In this document: positions 38,368 to 51,614 of the stretch, piece by piece
How the letters are laid out: every line of letters begins with the position of its first letter
How positions within the stretch are numbered: position 1 is the first letter of the stretch
NCBI GenBank assembly: GCA_002269645.1
Contig: NIVC01001597.1
Coordinates: forward strand, 124,001 to 188,000
DNA: 64,000 nucleotides
Source: Macrostomum lignano
Taxonomy: Eukaryota
Direction of reading: 5' to 3'
Notes under the pieces: generated by a model
Database searches by the model: none
The model's input: only the letters and a program-made list of their open reading frames with translations
What the model was told of the DNA's origin: nothing
Translations under genes and position numbers: made by a program

Positions 38368-39736
38368 CAGATCCTCAGTTGCTGGGCCACCAGCCTCCCA
38401 GATCGTTAGTTGCTGGGCCAGCCTCCAGATCTTCAGTTGCTGGGCCAGCCTCCCAGATCTTCAGTTGTTGGGCCAGGCTTCCAGATCTTCAGTTGCTGGG
38501 CCAGCCTCCCAGATCTTTAGTTGCTGGGCCACCAGCCTCCCACATCTTCAGTTGCTGGGCCAGCCTCCCAGATCATCAGTTGTTGGGCCAGCCTCCCAGA
38601 TCATCAGTTGCTGGGCCAGCCTCCCAGAGTGTCAGTTGCTGGGCCAGCCTCCCAGATCTTTAGTTGCTGGGCCAGCCTCCCACATCTTCAGTTGTTGGGC
38701 CAGCCTCCCAGATCGTTAGTTGCTGGGCCAGCCTCCAGATCTTCAGTTGCTGGGCCAGCCTCCCAGATCTTTAGTTGCTGGGCCACCAGCCTCCCACATC
38801 TTCAGTTGCTGGGCCAGCCTCCCAGATCATCAGTTGTTGGGCCAGCCTCCCAGATCATCAGTTGCTGGGCCAGCCTCCCAGAGTGTCAGTTGCTGGGCCA
38901 GCCTCCCAGATCTTTAGTTGCTGGGCCAGCCTCCCACATCTTCAGTTGTTGGGCCAGCCTCCCAGATCCTCTGTTGCTGGGCCAGCCTCCCAGATCCTCA
39001 GTTGCTGGGCCAGCCTCCCAGATCCTCAGTTGCTGGGCCAGCCTTCCAGATCCTCAGTTGCCGGGCAAGCCTCCCAGATCCTCAGTTGCTGGGCCAGCCT
39101 CCCAGATCCTCAGTTGCTGGGCCAGCCTCCCAGATCCTCAGTTGCCGGGCAAGCCTCCCAGATCCTCAGTTGCTGGGCCAGCCTCCCAGATCCTCAGTTG
39201 CTGGGCCAGCCTCCCAGATCCTCAGTTGCCGGGCAAGCCTCCCAGATCCTCAGTTGCTGGGCCAGCCTCCCAGATCCTCAGTTGCTGGGCCAGCCTCCCA
39301 GATCCTCAGTTGCCGGGCAAGCCTCCCAGATCCTCAGTTGCTGGGCCAGCCTCCCAGATCGTCAGTTGCTGGGCCAGCCTCCCAGATCGTCAGTTGCTGG
39401 GCCAGCCTCCCAGATCCTCAGTTGCCGGGCAAGCCTCCCAGATCCTCAGTTGCTGGGCCAGCCTCCCAGATCCTCAGTTGCCGGGCAAGCCTCCCAGATC
39501 CTCAGTTGCTGGGCCAGCCTCCCAGATGCTCAGTTGCTGGGCCAGCCTCCCAGATCCTCAGTTGCTGCGCCAGCCTCCCAGATCCTCAGTTGCTGGGCCA
39601 GCCTCCCAGATCCTCAGTTGCTGGGCCAGCCTCCCAGATCATCAGTTGCTGGGCCAGCCTCCCAGATCCTCAGTTGCTGGGCCAGCCTCCCAGATCCTCA
39701 GTTGCTGGGCCAGCCTCCCAGATCGTCAGTTGCTAA
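38368..39736. repeat. 28-bp minisatellite (CAGTTGCTGGGCCAGCCTCCCAGATCCT)n, block 1
   Basis: About 48 copies; source of the QLLGQPPRSSVAGPAS pseudo-ORFs. Confidence 0.96.
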
Positions 39737-40534
39737 AAGTGTGGTTGGCAACAAATTATCAATTTAATCGCTTAATCTCAGTTTTTATATCTATTTTCAT
39801 CATCGGCTTCCTGTTATCACAATTATAAGAAGAATCACATCTTCTCAAACAACTAATCTTTAGTTAAATGGATTTCTGATTTTGACTCTATATTGCATGA
39901 TATTTTACAAGATCATTAATACTGACATTAAGAAGTGATTTCGCCTTTATTGTATGTCGTTATCAGAAACAAAAACATTTTTTTCTTCAATCATTCTTAG
40001 AAAAGGAATTTTGCGAAACAAAAATTTGTAGAAGAAAATTAGATTTTTTTAAAATAATTCTAAATATTCTCGTATTATTTTTCAAATAAGCATCTATGCT
40101 ACTTGATATTCTCTCTCTGTGTAAGTAGAATAAGCGTGCACTATCTCTATATTTTTATTCTTGTTTTAAATATGTTTCTGCCGACAAAAATTTTTTCAAG
40201 TGTCGCAGCTTTTGTTTTCCCAGTAGCCTGCAGCTTAAAGATATCAGACAGGGTCCTGATCCATATTCATGCTTTACTTCTTCAAATTTATTTTTTTCTT
40301 CTGTTTGCCTATCTATCGGCTTTTGAAACACTTTTTCCCCGACGACAAACTCAATACCCCCAAATCCGACAAGTTCAATAAAATCAACGCATCAGGATAC
40401 AGCTTTGAAGTTTTCGAATAAGAACTTTGTGCTATGAAATCTGTGAAACAAATCAATGTGTTAGAATATTTATTTTTGTGTTCACGCAAGTAAATTTGAA
40501 AAAAAATTATGCTGGAATTTCAGACTTGACCACC

Positions 40535-41085
40535 GCCAGCCTCCCAGAGTGTCAGTTGCTGGGCCAGCCTCCCAGATCTTCAGTTGCTGGGCCAGCCTCC
40601 CAGATCCTCAGTTGCTGGGCAACCAGCCTCCCAGATCTTCAGTTGCTGGGCCAGCCTCCCAGATCCTCAGTTGCTGGGCCAGCCTCCCAGAGTGTCAGTT
40701 GCTGGGCCGGCCTCCCAGAGTGTCAGTTGCTGGGCCGGCCTCCCAGATTCTCAGTTGCTGGGTCGGCCTTTCCAGATCCTCAGTTGCTGGGCCGGCCTCC
40801 CAGAGTGTCAGTTGCTGGGCCGGCCTCCCAGAGTGTCAGTTGCTGGGCCGGCCTCCCAGAGTGTCAGTTGCTGGGCCGGCCTCCCAGAGTGTCAGTTGCT
40901 GGGCCGGCCTCCCAGAGTGTCAGTTGCTGGGCCAGCCTCCCAGATCCTCAGTTGCTGGGCCGGCCTCCCAGAGTGTCAGTTGCTGGGCCGGCCTCCCAGA
41001 TCCTCAGTTGCTGGGCCGGCCTCTCAGATCCTCAGTTGCTGGGCCAGCCTCTCAGATCCTCAGTTGCTCTGCCAACCTCCCAAGA
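40535..41085. repeat. 28-bp minisatellite, block 2 (GGGCCGGCC/GAGTGT variants enriched)
   Basis: Same unit as block 1, after an ~800-bp AT-rich spacer. Confidence 0.95.
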
Positions 41086-41342
41086 TCGGGTTATTGCGCG
41101 CCTTTCCATTAACATGGATTACACTTTAGGGTTTAGTCAATTTCTGTTAGAGTCAAGTAATAAAATGGTAACGACAGCAAAACACGAAGCACGAGTTAAC
41201 CGAAGTAATAAAAGGTTGCATTTATTTTATCGATAATTGCAGTTATTGTTAATTACAATATTATAAGCGGGAAATAAGCATTGGAATTGAAGTTAAATAT
41301 TGCACACTCTAGCAGATAGGTTAAGCATTGCTGTACACACGG

Positions 41343-44300
41343 CTAGGCAACAAAGGCCGCTCTCTTGTGTCGCCTGCCTATCATCTCGCGGTCCATCAGT
41401 GCCTTTTTAGCCAAGTATTTTTGTCGTTTTATTTTGCGTTTCAAGTCTTCGGGAATGTTTGGTATAAACCAGTTCATCACACTGGTCAATAGGGTCACGA
41501 CTTGCTGCATGTGAAGATTTTTTGTGAGGTTTATATATTAGCTTCATTGGTTATACTCATTAATCTTGATACACATCTCTCTAGAATGTTTGGTCAGCCA
41601 CCACCACCTCACTCTGGATTGATTGGTCAGCCACCACCACCTCACTCTGGATTGATTGGTCAGCCACCACCAACCTCACTCTGGATTGATTGGTCAGCCG
41701 CCACCACCTCACTCTGGATTGATTGGTCAGCCACCACCACCTCACTCTGGATTGATTGGTCAGCCACCACCACCTCACTCTGGATTGATTGGTCAGCCAC
41801 CACCACCTCACTCTGGATTGATTGGTCAGCCGCCACCACCTCACTCTGGATTGATTGGTCAGCCGCCACCACCTCACTCTGGATTGATTGGTCAGCCACC
41901 ACCACCTCACTCTGGATTGATTGGTCAGCCACCACCACCTCACTCTGGATTGATTGGTCAGCCACCACCACCTCACTCTGGATTGATTGGTCAGCCACCA
42001 CCACCTCACTCTGGATTGATTGGTCAGCCACCACCACCTCACTCTGGATTCGTAAATAAAGCCTGCATAATCTCTCACCTGAAAGAACAGCATATAAACA
42101 ATTCTGATAGCCTGCAGTTTCCAGTAGTACTCGGTGTTATTCGGTATCATGTTAAACCGACACGGCTCAGACGTTGTGTTTGCTTGAGCCCAGCTCAGGG
42201 TGTAATTCTTGAAGCCCAAGTCACCCCCGTAAACAGGTCTGAAGACGCTGATAGCTAACGACTCTGATGTGAATGCCATCAGAGAACCCTGAAACGGGGA
42301 CGAGTGAATGAAGGCATAGCAAACTGCACGCATGTCTTTTGCAGTTGTCCAATGTGGATTCACGAGTGTTATTCAAGCTGACGATATTATAAAATGCTTC
42401 CAGAACCCGGCAATAAAGCAAAGTTTCCGGCGGAATTCCGTTATGACAAGGCAGCTGTATTAATAGTCTTCCTTTCCCAGGTTAATTGGAAAACCTCAAC
42501 CTACTTGCAAAATGTGAACCCTCAAACTTTACGTTTAAATTGCCGTCTCGCAGTTTAGTGTGAAAACATCGATAACCAGTCTCTTTCTAACGCATGAAAA
42601 GTTTTCTCAGGGGCGTTGCAGGCACCCCGGTGAACGTCTTCAACATCGTCCCGCAACCAGCGCTGACGGTGATTCTGCCCATTCCGCTGACTCCTGAGCA
42701 CATGCAAGCGCGCCAATACTGTACGCAGGCTGGCACTCATACACACGCTCACACAGGGTGTACAGCAGCGGCCCTTTGACTTTCTAAGTGCACTTTGCAT
42801 GTGTACTCGCTGTGCCCTGGTGGTTGGCCTCCATGGCTGTAAATCGCACGACAACTTTCCTCAGGTCAAACTCTGGTGCACGCAAGAAGCCCCAAATGAA
42901 TGTAGGAATCTAACCAGGGAACGTAGCGCGAGAGTCGGACGCGCTCACTACTGAGCCTGCCCTATATTGTGCCTTGAGCCTTGAGCCTTGAGTCTGACTG
43001 CATTGCCCGACATTGATTACTCTTCAAAACTCACATTAGAAATAACCGCCACGTGAGCCACAAATTTCATCATTGAGAACCAAATCCCGATGCTCTGAGC
43101 TCGCTCTGGCAGAGGCCGTCGAGTGCCGATTACCAGCTTCCTGGCGTCAAGGCGGATCTCAACCAAATTGTTGATGAGCGCGAACAGTGGCGCCAACGGG
43201 AAGGCCGGCACAAACAAGGTGACAAAGCCGAACTGCATGATGAGCTCTAAGTAGTCCATGAACAGACCAGTGTCGTACGGAATCAGCATGTAGTCAGCGT
43301 CCCACGACTGGCTGGCGTTTGGCAGCTGGTTTGCTTGCAGGCCGGTAGAGCCGATGTGGAGGAATGTAAGCAGCTTTCTAGAAAGAAAATATTATAAAGT
43401 AATTGGGTCAGAACCACACAGTGTGAGCTTTGAAGATTCAAGATTTCAAGCTTAACAACTGCAACCTGTGTCTTAAGATACTTCCCAATGCTAAACAAAA
43501 CAATTGTTTCAGTTTCAGTAGTTAGCGGTAGGGGGCTGTTGTGCACCCTGGCGCACTTTAAGCGACATTGTCGCACAACCGGCGAGAGGCATTACTGCCC
43601 ATTCCACCGACTCCCCTGAGCAGGCACACAAGCGCGCGGATACGTACGCAGGCACACACTCACACAGGAGTGTACAGCGGCCCTAACTTTATTTATCGTT
43701 AGGCATTGTACACTTCACTGCGCCTTGGATGTTGGCTCTCAATGCCGTTAATCGCACGAGCAGAGCCAAGCCGAGATTCCAATTCAGCCCCAAATTAATG
43801 TGACTGCATTTGGAATCGAGTCTGGGCCGCTGGCATACCAGAGCGCCGCTCCAGACCACTGGGCTATGGTAAAAACTTACGGGATCAACATTTCAATAAT
43901 CTGCACGGCAACCTGCTTGCCAATCAGAATGATGGCCATCAGTTGGGTCAGCTCGAACATGCAGCTGCCGTTGATGCAGTCGGCCAAGCGACTTCCGAAC
44001 AGCTCATTGTATTTTCCTGGCTCTCCCACCACGCTGCAATTTATGAATTTTATGCTCACTCGCGAGTAAATTAGTGATTGAAAATCCAGTACAAGATCCA
44101 ATTATAAGTGCAGTCACTCACTTTCCTTTGATGAAAGCAATGTACGAAATTGACAAGTAGTGGTTGAATATTTCAAAGACGAACACCTTGAATATTACTT
44201 GGTTCTCGAATTGAGTCTGCGTTCGATGCATCTCTGCAGAAGCGGTAAAAGTGAATTTGCACTGCATGAGTTTCGAGGAGGCAGGCAGGCAGGCGGACCC

Positions 44301-47300
44301 ACTCCGCTGACACTCAATCTACAGAGGGTGCACAGCGGACCCTGACCTTCAGCATCGTCAGTTAGTGTACACACCCTGTGCCTTTGGCCTGCATCGCACA
44401 ATCTCTAAAGTCCAATCTTTGTTAGAATCAGGAGCGTCAACCACCCTGCCCTCCAAAACAAACATAAATCAGTAGCCTTTACCCCATTCAGTGATATTAA
44501 AAGCAATCTTTTCATAAATCAGCTCCAACGCCAGAACGATGATCAAATTGACGCAAGCTGATGACGCGTTTGCCAGCGTGACGGCGCGAGAACGGACGAG
44601 TTCGTTATTAAACAGCGCATGCAGAATCGATGACCGCGTCATCAGCATTGCGATTAGGCTGGCTGTTGATAGTATCATCTGGAATATTTGTTGTTGACAG
44701 ATAATTGCAGATATGATAGCAAATTTCAGACACCTTTGATCTACCGCCACTCTGTCTAGACTCTTTGATCTACCTCGTCCGCCATTCTGTACTCTTTGAT
44801 GCACCGCTGCACTCTGCACTGACTCTTTGATCTACCGCCACTCTGTATACAGACTCTTTGATCTACCGCCACTCTGTATACAGACTCTTTGATCTACCGC
44901 CACTCTGTATACAGACTCTTTGATCTACCGCCACTCTGTATACAGACTCTTTGATCTACCGCCACTCTGTATACAGACTCTTTGATCTACCGCCACTCTG
45001 TATACAGACTCTTTGATCTACCGCCACTCTGTATACAGACTCTTTGATCTACCGCCACTCTGTATACAGACTCTTTGATCTACCGCCACTCTGTATACAG
45101 ACTCTTTGATCTACCGCCACTCTGTATACAGACTCTTTGATCTGGCCCCACTCTGCACTGTATTGACTCATCAAAACTCCAAATAAAGCCAGCTTACTCA
45201 CCATTACCATCAGACTCAACACTCCAATCAGTATTCGGAGTCGCCTTTTAGAAGATGGAAAATGCGGCTCCATATTTCCCGTTATCGGATCCTCCTCGTA
45301 CTCGGTGCATCTGGACGCGTACTCGGGCCTCGGCCGCTCCTCCATCTCAACGTAATCCAACACATCCCATTGGTAAGCCAGTCTGGCCGTTTTGCGTTTC
45401 CAGAATTTCAGGAATCCGTACGCTTTACGGGTGAGATTTGGCTAATGTAAAATTTAGTCTTCATTATCACAGAAAAATCAAAAAGTTCTCTTTTTTGACT
45501 AAAAATTCCATTTGAAAAACAGCGGCAGCATAGTGAAAAATTAACATAATAATTTCACCTTAACTCAGTCGGGACCAGTCAAAAAAGATCTCTATGTCTA
45601 ATTAGAAAACTAATCCCCGATCAACAAATCCCCAATCAACCACTCCCCAATCAACCACTCCCCAATCAACCACTCCCCAATCAACCACTCCCCAATCAAC
45701 CACTCCCCAATCAACCACTCCCCAATCAACCACTCCCCAATCAACCACTCCCCAATCAACCACTATCTAATCAACCACTCCCCAATCAACCACTCCCCAA
45801 ACAACCACTCCCCAAACAACCACTATCTAATCAACCACTCCCCAATCAACCACTCCCCAATCAACCACTATCTAATCAACCACTCCCCAATCAACCACTA
45901 TCTAATCAACCACTCCCCAATCAACCACTCCCCAATCAACCACTATCTAATCAACCACTCCCCAATCAACCACTCCCTAATCAACCACTCCCCAAACAAC
46001 CACTCCCCAATCAACCACTATCTAATCAACCACTCCCCAATCAACCACTCCCTAATCAACCACTCCCCAATCAACCACTATCTAATCAACCACTCCCCAA
46101 TCAACCACTCCCCAATCAACCACTATCTAATCAACCACTCCCCAATCAACCACTCCCCAATCAACCACTCCCCAATCAACCACTCCCTAATCAACCACTC
46201 CCCAATGAACCACTCCCTAATCAACCACTCCCCAATCAACCACTCCCCAATCAACCACTCCCCAATCAACCACTATCTAATCAACCACTCCCCAATCAAC
46301 CACTCCCCAATCAACCACTATCTAATCAACCACTCCCCAATCAACCACTCCCTAATCAACCACTCCCCAATCAACCACTATCTAATCAACCACTCCCCAA
46401 TCAACCACTCCCCAATCAACCACTCCCCAATCAACCACTCCCCAATCAACCACTCCCTAATCAACCACTCCCCAATGAACCACTCCCTAATCAACCACTC
46501 CCCAATCAACCACTCCCCAATCAACCACTCCCCAATCAACCACTCCCTAATCAACCACTCCCCAATGAACCACTCCCTAATCAACCACTCCCCAATCAAC
46601 CACTCCCCAAACAACCCCTCCCCAATCAACCACTCCCCAATCAACCACTCCCCAATGAACCACTCCCTAATCAACCACTCCCCAATCAACCACTCCCCAA
46701 ACAACCCCTCCCCAATCAACCACTCCCCAATCAACCACTCCCCAAACAAACCATCTCAAATCAACCCATCCCAAAACTCACCCCAGACGGACACGAAAAT
46801 GGCGTAGAAATGCGTTGCAACATTGTCGAATACGTAAGAAGCTCGAATGTACGTGCAAATGTCACTCAAGTACCAGTAGTTGCAGGCCTGTATATTCTCG
46901 CATAGAGGGCACATTTTGAAGTATTTTTTACTGCCGCAAATTTCGTGTCTGAAAATCGAGTGGTCGGAGATAATTGATAAAGCTAGTAATTCACCATTCA
47001 ATTAATCAGGTCACTAATCTACCGGCCATGTCACTCAATCTGCAATCTAATCAGGGCACTAATCTCAGGACACGTAGATTACAAACAGAATTGGAGAATT
47101 CTACAGACTCTACATTCGTGTGCGTACTCATAACTAAAAAAAACTATTAAACTTCTGCTTACGCAACCGTGCTTTTGTTGATAGTGCCAATTCCATACAG
47201 AAATGTAACCATTCCGACCAGAGTTGCAGGTACGAGCCACATTGTGTAGTAACCTATAATGCATATACTCGTAAATATTTCAAATTAAATTTCCCATGAA

Positions 47301-49758
47301 AATCATCACCGCTAATCTTATGAAAGCTTTAAAGTGAGTAGAAACGATTTAAGAGAGAATTTAAATTACCGATAAAGGCAAAATAAAATGCAATTTTCTC
47401 GCCAAAATAGTCGCGAATGTGATCGAGCGGTTGAAACTTGTACCAGAGCTTCCAGCGGGCCCAGTAATTGTGCAGTAGTTGACGCGCGTTCATCTGCTCG
47501 GGTCTCAGGCCTGCCGGGGTGCTTGACGAGCCCTGAATTATTGTCCACAGTTTTAAACGGTCATTGCTCAATTACGTTGACCCCTGAGCACACACAAGGA
47601 AAAACAAGCAGACACGCTCTCGCACAGGGTGTACCGCGGCTCTGACCTCCTCATCGTCGTCAGGCCTGTACATGTACACACAGCGGTGTCTAGGGATTTG
47701 GGCCCTCATAGGCGCATTGAACCCGTGCTGGGTTCAACTCGCTAGAATAAGACGCTTTATAACCACTGAGCTCAAAGTAAGGACAGTTAAAGTATTTTAT
47801 AATTTTTTACATGATTAAAGTATGTTTTACTGCCTATAGCTGCACTTACCTCATGCGGTGGATAGGCGCAGGAGTAGATACCTCTCCTGATCATGCTGTC
47901 CAGACCGACCTCGGACTGGTCTTTCTTACCGTAGATTTGTGTGCCCAGCAGCTCGAAAGCCACTTCGAAGCGTTGCGTCGGCCTAAAGTAGGTATCCTTG
48001 TTACTGATGCCGATGTACCTTAAGGTTAAATTTGGAGTCGTTGGAGAGCGTACGGGGTGAAAATTTGCTATGCGCAAACAGTATAATAATAGTCTCGAGG
48101 CGCTAATTTATTGTTAATAAAAACGACGACTGCGACTCACTTTGTAGCTTTATCAGCCGAGAACGCGCAAGTGTAGAATTGCTTCTGTTTGCTCATACTC
48201 TTTGCTTCCAACGGACTGCTGAACAATTCGCTGGATCTCGAACGACTGAAAAATGACGAAGATCTTTCCGAGCCGTCGTCGCGGTTTTCCACTTCCTAAA
48301 CAGATCCAAAATGAAAAGTTAACGATAGTAGTAAATAGAATGATGAATAAAAAGCGTTCGAATAGGAAGATTCTCACCTCCAGAGGCGCCCGAAAGCCAA
48401 GATATTCAGCGTAGTAGCACATTGTTGTCCAAGAGACAAACAGTTTTACAAAATGGATCTTTTTCTTCGAACTAATACAGGTCTCCTACAGATCAGATAT
48501 TGTTGTTTTATTTGGTATTATTACATTGAAATGTTTAAATAAAAACGAATGTTCTAACAAACCCGTTCAATCTCGACGCCAACTTCGATAAGATTGTCCT
48601 CGAATTTCTTTCTATGCATCGCCGCTTTCTTTGAAAAATAATCTTCTGTGTCTCTCAAGTCTTCCTCCCAGACAAGGACGTAGTCTAAAGCAAAGTGGGC
48701 TAATATTTTATTCTTTGCGATTTGTTCATAATTTGATTCAGAATCGTTTAAAGTGCAACCAAAAATATGCTCGTGAGTCGTGCGTACATAGGTACCGGTA
48801 AATGTTATGCTGAAACACAGTTTTACACGTGAACTTACCGACTCTACGAATTCCGTCCCTGAAAAAGCAAGTCTTTATTGATTCTCTAGGCGGCGGTTCA
48901 CTGTCATTTGTTGCTTCACTGGGAGGCTTTGGCTTGGATGCAGCATTTGTTGGTTGCTTAGTAGGTACAGAGATAGTTGGTTGCTGAGTGGGTGCAGCAT
49001 TGGTTGGTTGCGGAACTAGCTTAGCTTGAGGTAACTGTCGAGTCGAAGAAAAGATCGCTTGTTGCTGCGGCGATACGGCTTGAGGTGACTGTCGAGTCGG
49101 AGAAAAGATTGCTTGTTGCTGCGGCGATACGGCTTGAGGTGATTTCTTGGTTGGCGTGAACTGACTTGTTTGCTGAGGTGAAGTAGTTTGTGGCGACTGT
49201 GGGGTCGAAGGAAACTTTTTCGGTAGCTGCGCTGATGTGACTTGTGGTTGTGGCGATGACTGAGTTGAAGTTGCAGTAGCCGAAGGCGGCTGCCGAGTCG
49301 AAGGGAATGTCGCGGGTTGCTTTGCGAATGTTGCTGGTGGTGCAGATTGCCGAGTGGGGGAGAGTTTACTCTGTTGCCAAGACAATTTCGCTGGCTGATA
49401 TGGTGATACGGCTTGCGGCGATTTCTGAGTCGCAGGGTATTTTCTTGGTTGCTGTGGTGTCTTAGAAAACTGAGATAACTGCTGCTGTTGACCGATCGGG
49501 GCTTGCTGCTTAGGCGAGGCGTTCTTTGAAGGCTGCTTGGCTGAGCCGACCTTTCCTGGCTGCAAAGTTTGGGTCAATGAGACTTTTGCATATTTCAATG
49601 TAGAATGGAAAGCCTATTGAGTATTGTCATGATCGACTTGCGATTTCAATTTAAATCGAATTTGAATCGATTCTAATTAGTAGAAAACATCACTCGGGTG
49701 GGAGCACTACAAAACAACTTACCGACGCATTTCTGTCAGCGTTCGTCCCCTTTCGCAT
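41343..49758 (-). CDS. Anoctamin/TMEM16 family protein, paralog B; 16 exons, ~1060 aa
   Basis: Exons 49723-49758, 48839-49613, 48563-48684, 48378-48485, 48141-48295, 47850-48018, 47370-47532, 47163-47253, 46782-46948, 45202-45422, 44483-44678, 44122-44233, 43881-44033, 43035-43377, 42079-42288, 41343-41504. All GT-AG, frame continuous (3183 nt). Motifs [96 protein letters not shown]. Confidence 0.95.
41590..42052. repeat. 33-bp minisatellite in anoctamin B intron 15
   Basis: (CAGCCACCACCACCTCACTCTGGATTGATTGGT)n, about 14 copies. Confidence 0.96.
42612..42960 (-). mobile_element. tRNA-derived SINE with conserved core (anoctamin B intron 14)
   Basis: Minus-strand head GGCTCAGTAGTGAGCG...GGTTAGATTCC (A/B-box-like), then a body shared with 5 other loci in the window. 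Confidence 0.7.
43540..43870 (-). mobile_element. tRNA-derived SINE copy (anoctamin B intron 13)
   Basis: Head ATAGCCCAGTGGTCTGGAGC...GACTCGATTCC; body CTGCCCATTCC..CTGAGCA..CAAGCGCGC..TACG (+ strand reading) as in 42612-42960. Confidence 0.7.
44265..44405 (-). mobile_element. Degenerate SINE body fragment (anoctamin B intron 11)
   Basis: CACAGAGGGTGCACAGCGGACCCTGACC...ATCGCAC-like similarity to the other copies. Confidence 0.45.
44730..45160. repeat. 31-bp minisatellite in anoctamin B intron 10
   Basis: (GACTCTTTGATCTACCGCCACTCTGTATACA)n, about 13 copies. Confidence 0.96.
45620..46770. repeat. 15-bp minisatellite in anoctamin B intron 9
   Basis: (CAACCACTCCCCAAT)n, about 75 copies, running up to the exon 9 donor. 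Confidence 0.97.
47565..47775 (-). mobile_element. tRNA-derived SINE copy, body truncated (anoctamin B intron 6)
   Basis: Head GAGCTCAGTGGTTATAAAGCG...GGGTTCAAT; body CCTGAGCACACACAAG..CACAGGGTGTACCGCGGC shared with the family. Confidence 0.6.
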
Positions 49759-50637
49759 TTAGATTTGAAACAGTTTAGAAATAATATATTATGAAAATGG
49801 TCTGCAAATCTTGCATACCACTAGCGACGCTGAGTTCATAACTCAATGCATTCGGTTTGTTTTCTCAGTTGACAAAATTAATAATTTTTAATTCGTGTTT
49901 CCTTCATGTCGATATTTTTGAGTAGCTGATATTTTTGTCTATGGACATTAGTGATCCGCAAGAAGTCACTTACCAATCTGCCTTAAAAGTTGGCTTAAAA
50001 TACACTTAATAATACCTTAAAGTTTTCCTCCAAAACGGGGAAACAAGTGGAAGCTTTAGTCCAGCTCTAACCATAACTCTCCACTCTCTCCTCACCAGCC
50101 TAAGCTGCTGGGGCCTTGTGAAACGAATTTTATCACCCAGAGTTGAGATGAGAACCGTGGGCGTGGTGTGAACTGCGTTACTTATAGTGTTGAGATCTGA
50201 GCTAAGTTGACTACCGGTTTCGCCACGGTTCTCCCTTTTCAGACGCGGTGCAGTAGCCGTAGCCAGAGGCGGACATTGATTTGGGATCTGTCACTCAAGC
50301 AGTGGATTTTATGGGGTTGCCAGTTGTCCCTTGCTGCGTATCGCTGTGGAATGCTGGTTCTGAATTTAAGCGAAATGCAGAGCGTGAACGGGATTCCGTC
50401 TGAGAGGGTCAGCAGATCTCTCGCTGCTTCCAGGGTTCCAGGTCTCGCAGGCTGAGGTCGCTGTTTGGCTGGAGGTTCCGCTTTTTGAAAGCGAACTGTT
50501 TTGGATGAGGACGCTCGGGTCGAGCAGACCGCAGTTGGTTTTCTTCATTTCTTAATTCCCCTCTGACAAAGAGATCAAGGGGTAAGGTCCAGGAAGGAGC
50601 ATATGCCAGCAAAGGGCGAATACGCTCTTAGAAAGGA

Positions 50638-51600
50638 GTGGTGGTGGTGGTGGTTCCCGGCCAGAACTAGTCCGGGGGCGCGTCTGCGTCCCTATTTTCT
50701 GGAGATATTCAAGCGCGCGAGGGCCGTCGTCAGCGACGACGGACAGCGACGGGTTTAGTCCGAGGACCTCCGCCCGGATGTCTGCATGTGCCGGACACTG
50801 GATCATGAGGTTTCGAGGTCCTTCTCGGCTTTACCGCATGCTGGGCAGGTCGCGGATGTCTCCAGACCGATGCGGTGGCGGTATTTGCGGAGGCGAGGGC
50901 TGTGGCTGGTGCGAAGCTGGGCCAGGGTCACTTGGGCTTTGCGCCCGAAGCCCAGCGGTAGGCGTTTCGGTGGCCTCCCTTGTGTGGCAGAGCGATGCGT
51001 CGTGCAATGCTGGTCGTTGACGTAGGCCTGGTTGAGGTTCGAAACTGTCAGCATAGCGATGGCCGAGCGGGTGCTGCGGAGGTCCAGAGGGGCGTCTGCT
51101 TGGGGGAGCCGAGCCACGTCGCGCGCTGTGCTGTCCGCCAGGTCATTGAGACGCAGGTCGCAGTGTCCGGGGACCCACTGGATGGTGATGTGGTGGTCTG
51201 GCGGGACTCTCCTGAGCAGAGCCCAGATGTCCCTGCAGCATGGCGAGAGGCGCAGTGAAGGGCCAGCAAGGAGGCTCCGGAGAGGGACTGCGAGTCCGTG
51301 GCGCAGCGGAGCTCGCCGCTGCCCGGCCATGGCAGGATGTCGAGGGCCGCTTGAAAACCCAGCCGGAGGGCGCACTCCTCGGCTCTGAAGGACGAAGTGC
51401 AACTGCCTGCCGGGGCCAGTAGCCGTTGTGGTGGGTGGCCGGGGATGATCAAGACCGCGTCCGCACCCCCGGTAACACCGAAAGCTCTGTGGATCTGCGC
51501 GATATTTGCGGAGAGCTTTGCAGGCTTTGGTTTGGATTTGGAGGTGTGGATGATAGCCACGGTTTTTGACTCAGAGAACTTGAGACCGGTGACTGTGAGT
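50638..51600 (-). mobile_element. 5'-truncated, frameshifted non-LTR retrotransposon (RNase H-containing, I/Ingi/Lian-type) 3' fragment
   Basis: Three successive frames give GSCTSSFRAEECAL...CATDSQSL, then ITIQWVPGHCDLRLNDLADSTAR (RNase H), LAQLRTSH...CPACG..E (C-terminal CCHC region), then MIQCPA; ends in an (ACC)n tail at ~50640. Confidence 0.85.
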
Positions 51601-51614
51601 GAGGCTTACCAGGT

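Noticed and set aside
38324-46807. Collagen- or extensin-like ORFs (QLLGQPPRSS, GLIGQPPPPHS, INHSP)
   Set aside because: They coincide exactly with intergenic or intronic minisatellites, and those at 41.6 and 46 kb lie inside introns of the minus-strand anoctamin.
42900-47775. tRNA-like sequences as genuine tRNA genes
   Set aside because: Only degenerate A/B boxes with no complete cloverleaf, each fused to a shared repeat body; treated as SINE heads.
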